Below are positions 13,001 to 25,444 of a stretch of 64,000 bases of DNA, piece by piece; within the stretch, counting starts at the first letter, position 1; the number at the start of each line of letters is the position of its first letter. The position numbers and the translations under genes are program-made. Source of the DNA: Lama glama (taxonomy: Eukaryota); the NCBI GenBank assembly GCA_028534125.1, contig CM052816.1, positions 23,252,001-23,316,000 of the forward strand, written 5' to 3'. The notes below the pieces were generated by a model that ran no database searches, was not told where the DNA came from, and worked only from the letters and a program-made list of their open reading frames with translations.

Positions 13001-15120
13001 TCCAGATTTTTTTAAAAAAAAGTCTCTTTTTGTTATTGAGGTTAAATGATACTTTTCATTTGCTTATTATTTATGTGCCTTTTATATTTAAATTAATTAA
13101 ATAGATTTTAAATTATCTCTTAAGGTTTCTCTGGTCTAATGAGGGACTTTCCAGTGTTTAAATTCCCATTATTATGAGTAATATATTAATAAAATTACTG
13201 AAATTATACCTCCTGATTCCTAACAAATAATGTACTACATATAAAATATATTTTAGATAAGATATTAATCATACATATTTTCAGATTTATGAAAAATGTA
13301 TTATTTTTTACTTTGAATTGTAAACATGAAGAAATTCATTGACAGAAAACTCTCAACACCTTACAAATGTTATTACCATCTACAAATGGGTATATTTCTG
13401 ATCATGCTAGACTGAGTTAAAAAAAACCCAATTTTGCCTAAAAGGTAAAGTATTTCTGTGTATTTCTCTAAAGTCTATTAAATATTTTGAGAAAGTTTTT
13501 GCCCTAGATTTGTACTGTGGCCAGTATAATTCTGTTTTGTCCCTGTATTTCAACATATATTCAAGGTACTATTGTAAAAGACCATTTCCTGAAAATCTCT
13601 AATAAAAATGCCTTAAAACACGTTTGTGGTGACCATATAATGGTAAGACTCAGCTACTATTCTGGAATTCAGCACCTCTCGCCCAATGCCACATGTGTGT
13701 ATGTGAAAACATACAATTTACAACCTTAACAGCAACCTCAAGTGCAGACTCAATACTCTGGGTGTGTGGTGTTTCTTGGTCTTTGTTTTTAATTCATTAG
13801 CTTCAAAAATGTGTTTTTAGAAAATCTGCTTCTGGCCATATCCGAGTAACTGGGACTGCACTCTCTCCCCCACTGTCAACAACTAGAAAAATAGACAATG
13901 GATGAAACGACTATTCTCAGACACTAGACAAGTGACAATGGGGAACTGTGATCCCAGAGAGGAGGAGACCAAATGTGACCCCTAAAATTACTTGACTTTC
14001 TGCCTGAATAATTGAGCAGATCCCACCCCAGAACAGGGAACTGAAGCAGAGCACAGATAATGAGGGCTTCAGGGAGGAGGGGACATAGACAATGGGCTTC
14101 AGGCTGCCTAAGGCATCTGGAATTGGCTTTATGGAGCAGTGGAGAAGAGCGGGCTGCACAGAGACGAGCTTCACAAATCTGCAAAGGTGCTCTTCTGAGC
14201 ATGAGGCTAAATACTCAGCAGCAAGTAGGTGGGGTGAGATTCCTCAAGGCTGGGAAAAGAGCAACTACCTAGGACCTGTGAGCCGTACAACTGCTGGCGC
14301 TCACGGAGGGCTGGAAGACACGTGTTCCAGTCTGCTGAAGGGGAGAGATCTTATTGCACACACAGAGCCTAATAGAAAGGCTGTCTATTAGAAATAAGGC
14401 TGGACTAGTCCTAGAATAAAGGCTCCTTGAAAAGGGAGGGTAGGCACAAGAATTATTTGAAGGTATAATGTTCAAAATTATTTCCAAATTTGATATAAAC
14501 CATAAACCTACAGATCTGAAAAGTACACCAGAAGCCAAACAGCATAAGCACAGAGGAGGAAGCCAAACCAAGGCACAGCATAATCAAACGGCCGGAACAC
14601 AAGGACACGGACAACAATCTTAACAATGACCAGAGAGGAAACAAGCACATTGGTTATAATGTCTTTTGGAGCTTAAAGCGTATGTATAAATAAAATGATT
14701 ATGTAAAATGTAGAAATAAAATGTATGATAGCACACGGAGGGCAAGCAGGCAAAGGGGAGTACACTGTTTTAAGGAACTTACATTACATGTAAAGTGACA
14801 CAATATACTTTGAAGGGAGACTATGGTAAGTTAAAAATCCAGGTTGTAAATACTAAAGCAGCCTGTGAAAAACAAAACAAGAGTTATATTTAGCTGATAA
14901 GCAAATAAAGGAGATTAATGGAATACTAAAAGACTACTTAATCCAACAGATTAAGCCAGATAAAGAGGGGAAAAAGGATTAAAAATGAAAAATTCAATTA
15001 TGTCCACAATTTTATTACATTTAAATGCATTAGGAATATTAGTTAAAAGAGAGAGATTATCAGGCCAGAGGGATCAAAAGGATGGACTCTACATTCAATT
15101 TATAAGAATGTACTTTAAAC

Positions 15121-16200
15121 GTGTAAATCAATGGCTTTACAGAACACTCCCTCACATCACACGCAAAAATAAACTCAAAATGGCTCAAAGCCGTACACAC
15201 AAGACAAGACACCATAAACCGTCTAGAAGAGAACATAGGCAAAACAGCCTCTGACATAAATCGTAGCACTGTTTTCCTAGGTCAGTCTATCAAGGCAACA
15301 GAAATAAAAGCAAAAAGAAATGAATGAGACCTAATTAAACTCATAAGTCTTTGCACAGCCAAGGAAACTATAAACAAAATGAAAAGACAACCTACGGATT
15401 GGGAGAAAATATTTGCAAATGATGTGACTGACAAGGGTTTAATTTTTTGAATTTACAAACAGCTTATACAACTCAATAACAAAAAAAAACCAAATAACCC
15501 AATAAAAAAATGGGCCATGCTAAGACAGTGTGGAGATTGCTTAAAAAAAACTGAAAATAGAGTTACCATATGATCCAGCAATCCCACTCCTGGGCATACA
15601 TCCAGAGAAAACTCTTATTTGAAAACATACATGCACCCCAGTGTTCATAACAGCACTATTTACAATAGCCAAGACATGGAAGTAACCTAAATGTCCATGG
15701 ACAGATGAATAGATAAAGAAGATTATATATATATATATAATGGAATACTACTCAGCCATAAAAAAGAATGAAATAATGCCATTTGTAGCAGCATGGATGG
15801 ACCTAGATAAGTGAAGTAAGCCAGATAGAGAAAGACAAATATCATATGACATCACTTATTTGTGGAATCTGAAAAAATGACACAAATGAACTTATTTATA
15901 AAATAGAAACAGATTCATAGACATAGATGACCAACTTATGGTTACCAAAGGAGAAAGGTGGTGGAGGAGATAAATTAGGAGTTTGGGATTAGCAGATGCA
16001 AACCACTATATACAACAATAAGGCCTTACTGTATAGCATAGGGACTATATTCAGTAACTTGTAATAAACCAATAATGAAAAAGAATATATATATATGTGT
16101 ATATGTATAACTGAATCACTATGCTATAGATCAGAAACCCACACAACATTGTAAAGCAACTATACATCAAATAATTAAATAAATAAATAAATAAATAAAT
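15121..16200 (+). mobile_element. Younger 5'-truncated artiodactyl/camelid L1 3' end with (TAAA)n tail
   Basis: ORF2 C-terminal sequence (aaaataaactcaaaatgg, gatccagcaatcccactcctgggcata), L1 3' UTR, tail aaataaataaat at 16178-16200; no clear TSD. Confidence 0.9.
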
Positions 16201-16702
16201 GGGAGATTAAACTGAAAGGGATGGAAAGAACTAAGCACGCAACACAAGTCATAAAAAAGATGTATCAGCTACATTAATATCAGATAGCACGGACTTCAGG
16301 GCAAGGAATATTCTCAGAGATCAAAAGAGAATTTTTTTAAAATGTCTTTTAAATTTAAACTTACTTTAAATGTAAAATCTTAAATGACACTTAAAATTTA
16401 TTAATGAGATCATATAATCCTAAGTGTATGACAAAGCATCAAAATGCATGAAGCAAAAACTGACATAACTGAAAGGAGAAACAGAAAAATCCATAATTTT
16501 AATCAGAGATTTGAATACTTCTCACTTCTTAGTTGATAAAAGAATAAAATCAATAAGAATATAGAACACTTGAATCAAATTGAGCTGATCAATATTCAGA
16601 GACGAATCAGCAATTGCAGAATATAAATTTTTTTCAACTATAAATGAAACATTAACCAATATAGGCAACAGGCCATGAAACAAGTCTCAGTTGAAATCAG
16701 CA

Positions 16703-16949
16703 TGGCTAATCCCTGAACAACACGGATTTGAACTGTGTGGGTCCACTCATATGTGAAAATTTTCAATAGTAAATACCTCAGTACTATATGATCCCCCGTC
16801 CCTTGCTGATTGAATTCCTGGATGTAAAATATTACATTCCACATATAGAGCAAGCGTGTATATGGAGTTCCAACTATAAATTATATTCTGATTTGTTTCT
16901 GCCTGGAAGATAGATGCCACTAACTGCCGTGTTGTTGAAGGGTCAACTG
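16703..16949 (+). mobile_element. Tigger2-family (TcMar) non-autonomous DNA transposon
   Basis: Left TIR-like tggctaatccctgaacaacacgg, right TIR ccgtgttgttgaagggtcaactg followed by TA; internal ttgaactgtgtgggtccactcatatg. Confidence 0.85.
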
Positions 16950-17839
16950 TATATTCTCTTTCCACACAGATTTAAACTGGAATTAATAACAAAATATCTA
17001 CTAAAAATCTACAAATACCTGAAAATTAAATAAGACATTTACAAATAACCCATAAGTCAATGTAGAAATCACAATGGCAATTTGAAAATATTTTAAAATA
17101 AAAGTGCAACATACAAAAATTGCAGAATGCAGCTAGAGCAGTGCTTAGACAGAAAAACTACAATATTAGCAAAGAAGAAACAACTAAAATCAGTCATCCA
17201 AGTTTCTACCTTTAAATGGTATAAAAAAGAGCAATTTAAACCAAAAGCAAGTAGGAAGAAAACAATAAAGAGCAGAAGTCAACTGAATAGAAAGTAGATT
17301 AGCAGATACAATCAATGATACCAAAAGTTGGTTATTTTAAAAGATGAAAAGTGGATTAAACTCTAGATTGAATAAGAAAAAAAGACACAAGTTAACAATA
17401 CCAGAAGTGAAAGAAGAAATATTGCTATAGTGCTTACAGACACTGTAGTGTAATAAGGACATATTACAAACGACTTTAAGACAAAAGATTTGATAAGGTA
17501 AGTGCAATTGATTACTTCTCTGAGGACACAAGAAGAAAAAGAGCATCTGAATAATTATCAACACACACAGTAAAGAAATTAGGTTGGGATTCAAAAATCC
17601 TCCCACAGAGAAAATACCAATGTTCACACGTTTAAGGAAAACCAATACCAGTCTTACACAAAATTTACTATAAAATATGAGAAGCACAAGGTTCTTCAAA
17701 TGTACTAAAAATGTTATTTTTCTTCAAGTAGATGAAAAATAGAAACATCTGCATTTTACTCTTCCCTTTAACCAACCGATCAGTTAAGAATAATTGTCTC
17801 TATTAAATATCAGGAAAATCACATGTTTATATATTCTAG

Positions 17840-19500
17840 ACAACTTCTTTTCATGACAAGTTTATTGCACATATTTTTCCCTGACACTATGGCTTGCCTT
17901 TTCATTTTCTTAACGATATCTTTTAAGGAGCAGTTTTACTTTTAATGAAATCCAACATATGTATTTTTGGTTGGGAGAGTTGGTAGTTTTGTACATCCAC
18001 TGTAAAGAAATCCTTGTGTACCACAGTGTCATTAATATGTTTCTCCTATGACTTCTGCTGTAAGTTTTAGAGTTTTAGCTTTTTTGTTTAGATTTCCAAT
18101 CCATTTTGAGTTAATCTTTGTGTATGTTGCAGGTTTGGGCCAAGGTTCAATTTTTTTCTCCTCATATAAATATGAAGTTATTCCAGCATTATTTCTTTAA
18201 GGAGTACCTTTTCTCTCTGCATTACCTCAACACTTCAATTGGAAGTCAGTTTACTTCATATATATGTGTTTCATTTCACTATAGTGATGAATTTGTCAGT
18301 TTTTCTTGGTCAATTTTTGCTTTAAAGCTTTGAAGTTATATTTCTGGGTTTATATAACTTAAAATTATAGTATCTTTGTGATAAATGAATTCTTTCATAA
18401 TTATCTCGTGAACTTTTTTTTTATCTCGAGCAATGCATTTTTCTGTAAAGTGAGTTTTGTTTTACATTACTATGGCTACATCAGTATCTTTTGGTCTGTA
18501 TTTTTCTGGTACAGTTTTCCACTCTTTGATTTTCAATTTTTGAGAAACTTTAAAAACACGTCTCTTACGAATACAATATACTTGAATTATTTTTAAAAAC
18601 CAGTGTGATAATTTTTGCCTTTTAACTAAATATTTCAATTTTAAATGTTTATTAAGACTACTGGTATCTTTTGATTTACCTATTACTATCTAATTTTGTG
18701 CTTTTTTCCTGCTTGCTGTATATTTTTGTTTTTCTCCTATCTTGTTTTCTGTTGATTGAGTTTTTAAAATTTCATGTTAAAAATTATATTTGGTTCTCTA
18801 AATGTGTTTAGTCAATTTTGTTTATTCTTATTTTTAAGTCCCTCTTTTATATATTTAAACATATTACCATAATACTTTTATATTTCCTGTATATGATAAA
18901 AATACATATGCCTGATTCTGTTATCCCTTATTTGTACTGGGTTCTGCTTATAGTGTCTACTTCCTTCTGTGTTTTCTGAACTTTTTAATTTTTATTAAAA
19001 AATTATATTTGTTGAACTTTATAGAATTCCTTTGAGGCCTGATTTAAAGGTAAATTACCTTCAAAAAGGATTTGCATTTGTATATACCATCCACCTTGGT
19101 AACTTCATTAAAATAAATGTCTTGAGGGTTTTGGGCTTCACAGAGTAAACTGGTGCAGCAAATCCCTATGAGCATTTACTGTGGGTTACAAATTCCCCAG
19201 GAATTTGATTTTCTGTCTCCACCTGGTACCAAAGTTAATACAGACACATTTCCTATCTTTCTCCTTTTATGGTGCAAATACAACACAGGCACTTTGAGAT
19301 CTCACATTGGGCTTGTAGACCTTTGGGTCCCGCTCTTCTGAGAGGTCTCCTATTAGAGCCTCCACTTTGTAGAAGGCTTAAGCTTTGTTTCCTGTCACAG
19401 TTTCCTTTGGCCCTCAGAGTCTAAATTGGTCACCAGGATTAAGCATTAAGTGGGTCTTCAGTGAGCCTAACACTCTGGCTTCTGTTCTCATTTTGTTTTT
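17840..19500 (-). mobile_element. Old L1 remnants, reverse orientation
   Basis: T-rich reverse-L1 ORF2 motifs: ggcttgccttttcattttcttaacg, ccattttgagttaatctttgtgtatg, ccagtgtgataatttttgccttttaac. Confidence 0.65.
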
Positions 19501-19550
19501 GGCATGTGAGGGATCCTTTAATTTCTTTCCAGTTCAGAGATAAATTTAAA

Positions 19551-19949
19551 AAGTGAAGTAAGCCAGAAAGAGAAAGAAAAATACCATATGATATCACTTA
19601 CATGTGGAATCTGAAAAAAAGGCCAAATGAATTTATTTACAAAACAGAAACAGACTCACAGACATAGAAAACAAACTTATGGTTACCAGAGGGGAGGAAA
19701 GGGGTATGAAAGGATAAATTGGGGGTTTTGAGATTTGCAGATACTAATATATATAAAACAGATAAACAACAAGTTCATACTGTATGGCACAGGGAACTAT
19801 CATCAATATCTTGTAGTAACACGTCGAAAAAAATATGAAAATGAATATATGTATATGACTGAAGCATTTTGCTGTACACCAGAAACTGACACAAAATTGT
19901 AAACTGACTATACCTCAATTAAAATATATATATACAGTTAAAAAAATAA
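19551..19949 (+). mobile_element. Young 5'-truncated L1 3' UTR insertion with 15-bp TSD
   Basis: aagtgaagtaagccagaaagagaaag...aaactgactatacctcaatt plus A-rich tail; TSD agagataaatttaaa (19536-19550) / agaaataaatttaaa (19950-19964), one mismatch. Confidence 0.9.
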
Positions 19950-20060
19950 AGAAATAAATTTAAAGTGTTCTTTCTTCCTCCTTTTGTATTTTGCTCAACA
20001 TTTTAAACTGCTTTCAGTGAGAATTCTTCCCTTGGTGGGTTGCATACAAAACTGCAGGCA

Positions 20061-20221
20061 AGGGAGAAGGGTCTAAGCTCAAGTGGTGGAGCGCATGCTT
20101 AGCATACACAAGGTCCTGGGTTCAATTTCCAGCACCTCCTCTAAAAATAAATAAATCAGTAAACCTAATTACTTCCTCCCACCAAAAACAAAGCAAAACA
20201 AAACAAAATAAAACAAAAAAC
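20061..20221 (+). mobile_element. tRNA-Ala-derived SINE (camelid Vic-1-like)
   Basis: tRNA-Ala(AGC)-like head agctcaagtggtggagcgcatgcttagcatacacaaggtcctgggttcaatttccagcacctcc with A and B boxes, unique linker aaacctaattacttcctccc, (CAAAA)n tail, TSD ctgcaggca at 20052-20060 and 20222-20230. Confidence 0.88.
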
Positions 20222-21449
20222 CTGCAGGCAGGGTAAGCTGACCCATATGACTTCTAGCTAAACTGCTTTCCATTTTATACTTCTTGATAAATTATTAACA
20301 TATTAGAGCCATGATCTTCAGAAAAGCAGAGAATAATGGCATATGGGAATACAACTCAAAGAGAGAGTAATGAAGAAGAATAGCTGTATCAGGAGGGAAT
20401 TAAATGTCTCCTATGAGATAATATACAGTTTGATGTAGACACGTTAATCGTTAAAGAATGATCAATTTCCGGGAAATGATCTATTTTTCTTTCTTTTTGC
20501 TAAAACTACTTCAGATGAAGAGTCAATGACTTCCTCCCACTGCCTGAAAGAGCTTTTAGAAAACGTGATTTATGATATGTATTCTTTGCCTAAAGAATGG
20601 ATTAAGCTTGAAATCTAGGATTCTAGGTTTGAAATCTAGGATTTGAACTGTCATTTCTTTATTTCAAATCTGCCACTCATCAATGTGTCTTATCTCAGTA
20701 AATTCTATTATTATTTTCCTAGTTGTTGAAGCCAGAAACTTCAAATTTTTCTCTTCTATCACTACGCACATCCATTTTCTAACAAGTTTCATCCGTGAAC
20801 TTCTTCAATGTCTCTAGAAGCAATTGGGTTTTTCTCATTCCTGTTCACTGGATGAAATTATGAACCAGTCCCCTTGTCTTCATTCTTATACCCTTTCAAA
20901 AGGAAAATTGTTTTTCCCTCAGTTAAGCAAGCAAGGAAACTTAGTAGGTTGCTGAGTAAACATGGTGACATTTCAACAATGATTTAATCTCCGTAGTAGT
21001 ATTCAGAATGTTTAGAAGCATTGATGCTACTTCCTTATACAAGTAAAAGACCCTAGTAATGTAGGCCTGAGGTTAAGCACAAGGAAAACTGACAATAATA
21101 CGGCCAGACACTCAATACAGATGTGTAATTCCACTTTTCAACTAAAAGATCTTTTAACAACAAAAAGTGATTGGAGATACATGTTTAGCGATTTGCACCA
21201 GGGAAAAAAGGTGGCGCCTGGCAGGTTTGGAGGTAGTAACTGGAGAAGAAAATAGTCATTTTAAGATTTGTATTTCCCTGTGTTAATCTTATAGAACAAC
21301 TGATCACATTGCATTAAGAAAACGGGGAAAAGAGGGAATTTGGGGGAAGTTCAAGGAAAATTTGTTCATTAAGGACTTGTACTTTAAAATCATAAATGTT
21401 ACACAGAAGGCAATGATAAAAAGAAAAAGTGAAAGAAAAAAAAAGATAG

Positions 21450-21680
21450 TAGGAATCAGATAGTGCGGCCACACTTCTTGGGTTTAAATCTAGGATCCTA
21501 GATTTTAAGATGTGTGACCTTGGGAAAGAAATTTAAACTCTCTGTTCCTCTATTCTCTTACTTTAAAAAACTGGGAAATGAGCAGTGCTTACTTTATAAA
21601 GTTGTTGTGAGGACTTAATTTACCAAATATATTTAATGCACTGACCCATACTCATCACTATACAATTGTGAACCATCTTT
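21450..21680 (+). mobile_element. MIR SINE
   Basis: tgggtttaaatc..tgtgtgaccttgggaaag..tttaaactctctgttcctc..gttgttgtgaggactt. Confidence 0.75.
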
Positions 21681-21689
21681 TCTTAGTTA

Positions 21690-22046
21690 AAATTCACTCA
21701 AAAAATTCTTTATTAATTCCTGTGTGCCAGAGTCTGTTTTAGTCACTGCAGATAAGGCACTGAGCAGAATCATCTCTGCTTTCAAGAATTAACAATGGAG
21801 ATAGATGTTATAAAGCATGCATGTGAAAAAATAAGACAATTCAAACAGCGATAAGTTCTATAAGGGAAATAAAGCGTGACAGTCTAATAGGGAGTGGCCT
21901 GGTTAGGGGTCACAGTGAATATGAAGAAAAAGTGATAGGTGTGAAGAACGGACTGGACTTGCTGATGTATTGCATTACAGTGGTGAAGAGAGTTTTCAAA
22001 GAGAACCCCTAGTTTTGGTACAAACTACTAGGTAGAAATTAGTGAC
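21690..22046 (-). mobile_element. L2 fragment, left part of an element split by an MLT1 LTR (continues ~25445-25810)
   Basis: Reverse L2 3' end attcactcaaaaaattctttattaattcctgtgtgccagagtctgttttagtcactg; L2-like sequence resumes after the LTR. Confidence 0.6.
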
Positions 22047-25000
22047 TGTGGTAGGATAAATAATGGCCCCCTCCAAGAGACGTTCATCTCCTGAAAGACA
22101 GACGTCATACAAAGCATCTTCTCTGACCACAGTGAGATGAAGTTAGAGAGCAACAGCAGAAGGGAAACTGGGAAAATCACAAACTGGTGGAACTAAAACA
22201 ACACACCAATGGATCAAAGAAGAAATCACAACGCAAATTAGAAAATGTTTTGAAACATGAGAATGAGAACACAAAACACAAGGTACCGAGGCTTACAGGA
22301 CACCGTGAAAGCAGTGTTACAGGGGTAAATTTACAGCTATAAACGTTTACACTAAAAAAGAATAATGATCCCAAATTAACAACCTCACTTTATAACTTAA
22401 GGAACAAGAAAAAGAATAAACGAAACCTAAAAGCTCTAAGAAGAAAGGAAATAACGAAGACTACGGCAGAGATAAATGAAATAGAGAAAAGAAAAATAAT
22501 AGAAAAGATTAAAAAATCATGTTAGTTCTCTGAAAAGATCAACAAAACTGACAAACCTTTAGCTATATTGAGTAAGAATGAATGAAAACAAGACACCTAA
22601 AAAAATCAGAAATTAAAGTGAGAACATTACAACTAATGCTAAAGAAATAAAAAGGATTGTAGGAAAGTACTGTGAACAACTGTATGCTAACACACTGGAT
22701 AACCTAAATGAAATGAAACAATTTTTAGAAACACAAAACCTACCAAGTCTCAATTACAAAACAAGAGAGATACTACAAATACACCTATAACTAGTAAGGA
22801 GATTGAATCAGTAATCAAAAATATCTCCCAAAAGAAAAGTCCTGTACCTTATGGCACTAAGACACTACAAAAAAAGAAAACAGACCAATTTTCCTTATGC
22901 ATACTGATGCAAAAATCCTCAACAAAATACATGCAAACCTAATTTAGGAGAACAAAAGGTATCCAAATCAGAAAGAAAGTAGTAGAATTATTTCTATTTG
23001 CAGATGATATGATCTTCTACACAGAAACCACTAAAATTTTAACAAAAAAATTAGAACTAATAAATAAATTTAGAAAAGTATCAGGAAACAAAGTCAACAC
23101 ATAGAAAGCATTGCATTTCTATACACTAGTAATAAAAAATCTGAACAGGAAATTAAGAAAACATTTCTATTTATAACAGCATAGAATCAAAAGTAATTAA
23201 GTACTTGGGAATTAACGTCACCAAGAAAGTGAAAGACTTACACAATGAAAACTATAAAACATCTCTGAAAGAAATTAAAGAAGAGGTAAATAAATGAAAA
23301 CACATTCCAGGTTCAGGAACTGGAGGACTTAATACTGTTAAGATGTCAATATTATCCAAAGTGGCCTACAATTCAATGAATTCCCTATCAAGATCCAAAT
23401 GCCCTTATTGTGCAAAAATGGAAAAAAAAAACCTGTCTTAAAATTCATACAGAATCTCAAGAGACCCTGAATAGCCAAAACAATCTTGAAAAACAGGAAC
23501 AAAGCTGGAGACTCACACTTCCTGATTTCAAAACTTACTAGAAAGCTACAGTGATTAAAACCGTGTGCTACTGGCATAAAAACAGACATATAAACCAATG
23601 TAACAGAATAGAGATCCCAGAAATAAATCCTTGCATTTATGGCCAAATGATTTTTGACAAGGGTGCCAAAATCATTCAATAGAGAAAGGACAGTCTTTCA
23701 ACTGGTGGTGCTGGGAAAACTGAGTATTCACCTGCAGAAAACTGAAGTTTGACCCTTAATTTATACCATGTACAAGATTTAATTCAAAATGGATCAAGAA
23801 TCTAAATGTCAGAACTAAAACTATAAAACTCTCAGAAGAAAATATAAGGTGAAAACTCCACAGTGCTCAATTTGACAATGATTCCTTGGATACTGCACCA
23901 TGGGCACAGATTATAAAAGAAAAACAGACAAAATTCATGAAAATTAAAAAATTCTGCACATCAAAAGACACTATTAACAGAGTAAAAAACCACAGGATGT
24001 GAGAAAATATTTGAAAATCAATTTCATGAGGGATTAAGATCCAGAATATGTAGATATTCCTAAAACTTATCAATAATAAAACCAAATAACCTAATTAAAA
24101 AATGGGTAAAGGGCCTGAATAGGTACTTCTCCAAAAGTTATATAAAGCCAACAAGCGCATGAAAAGATGCTCAACATCACTAATCAGTAGAGAAATACAA
24201 CTACAAATCCATCATGAGATATCACCTCATGCCCATCAGGATGGCTACTATCAAAACAAACAGAAAATAAGTGTTGGTGAGGACACAGAGGACCTAGAAC
24301 CCTTGCACCCTGTTGGTGGGAACAGAAAATGGTGCGGCACCTGTGGAAAATGTTCCCCAGTTTCTCAAAAAAATTAAAAATAGAACTGGCCTATGATCCA
24401 GCAATTCTACTTCTGGGTTTCTACTCAAAAGAATGAAAAGCTGGGTCTTGATGAGGTACCTGTATAGCCACGTTTATAGCAGCATTATTTGCAATAGCTA
24501 AAATGTTCACAGTAGCTAAAATGTTGCTTCCTGGGAGGCAACCCAAGAATCCACAGATGAAAGAGAAGCAAAAGGTGGCATATACATACATTGAAATAAT
24601 ATCCAGCCTTTAAAAGGAAGGAAATGCTGACAAATGCTACAGCATGGACAAATCTTGAGAACATTATTCTAAGAAATATGTCAGTCATAAAAGGACACTG
24701 ACTGTATATACTCCATATACGTGAGGTATGAAGAGTGGTCAAATTCATGGACATAGAAAGCATAATGGAGGTTACCAGAAGACAGGAGGATGGTGGAATG
24801 GGGAGTTACTATTAATGGGTCCAAAGTTTCAGTTCCAGGAGATAAAAAGAGTTCTGGAGCTGGATGGTGGTGGCTGCACAACAAAGTGAACGTACATAAT
24901 GCCACTGAACGGTGCACTTAACATAGTTAAGATGGTAAATTCTATGTTACATGTATTTTACCACAATTTGAAAAACATGTATTTTTAAGGCAACAAAATG

Positions 25001-25444
25001 ATGCCTGAATTCCTGGAACATATGAATGTTACCTTATATGGCAAACAAACAAACAAATAACCTTGCAGGTATGATTAAGTTAAGGATCCTGAGATGAGAT
25101 TGTCCTGGATTATCCAAGCAGGCCTAAAATGTAATCATACGTAGCCTTGTAAGAGGTACAAACAGGGTTGTTTAAACACAGAAAAAGAAGAGGAGGCAAT
25201 GACACTAGGGAGGCAGAGATTGGAGTGCTGTGGTCCCAAGCAAAAGAATGATGGTAGCCACTGGACGCTGGAAGAGGCCAGGAATTGATGCTCCCCTAGA
25301 GACTCCAGAGACAGCACAACTTTGCAGACATCTTGATTTTTGGTTCAGTAAAACTGATGATGGACTTACAAGAGAATAGATTTCTGCTGTTTTAAACTAC
25401 CAAGTTCTTGGTAATTGTCACAGCAGTCATAGGACACTAATACA
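22047..25444 (+). mobile_element. MaLR MLT1 (MLT1D-like) solo LTR split by an L1: pieces ~22047-22090 and ~25000-25444
   Basis: Starts tgtggtaggataaataatggcccc, resumes cctggaacatatgaatgttaccttatatggc..ttaagttaaggatcctgagatg, ends ggacactaataca; perfect 5-bp TSD gtgac at 22042-22046 and 25445-25449. Confidence 0.88.
22092..24980 (+). mobile_element. L1MB-like LINE, 5'-truncated, degraded ORF2 plus 3' UTR (~2.9 kb)
   Basis: ORF2 remnants with many stops (e.g. ORF-track MKRCSTSLISREIQ); L1MB-type 3' end ggctgcacaac..aatgccactgaac..ggtaaattctatgttacatgtattttaccacaattt. Confidence 0.9.

Larger units (their letters stand above)
13830..17700 (+). mobile_element. Old L1 retaining 5' region, ORF1 remnant and ORF2 endonuclease remnant; interrupted by a younger L1 and a Tigger2
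   Basis: 5'-UTR-like start cttctggcc..gagtaactgggactg; ORF1 remnant ~14450-14650 (ttatttccaaatttgatataaacc..cacagcataatcaaac); ORF2 remnant on both sides of 15121-16200 and continuing to ~17700. Confidence 0.7.

Noticed and set aside
13917..14650. Overlapping ORFs on both strands
   Set aside because: They fall in the 5' region and ORF1 remnant of an old L1; no coherent product.
20065..20140. tRNA-Ala-like sequence as a tRNA gene
   Set aside because: Mismatched stems, a SINE linker, an A-rich tail and a TSD identify it as a SINE head.
20608..20645. Short direct repeats (ttgaaatctaggatt x2; similar pairs near 770-810, 3123-3157, 24495-24525, 27796-27845, 55028-55060, 63839-63864)
   Set aside because: Isolated two-copy slippage duplications with no regular repeat-spacer structure; not a CRISPR-like or functional array.
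21195..21225. Partial CTCF-like motif (aggtggcgcc) and other short TF-like words elsewhere
   Set aside because: Incomplete matches expected by chance in 64 kb; no supporting evidence from sequence alone.
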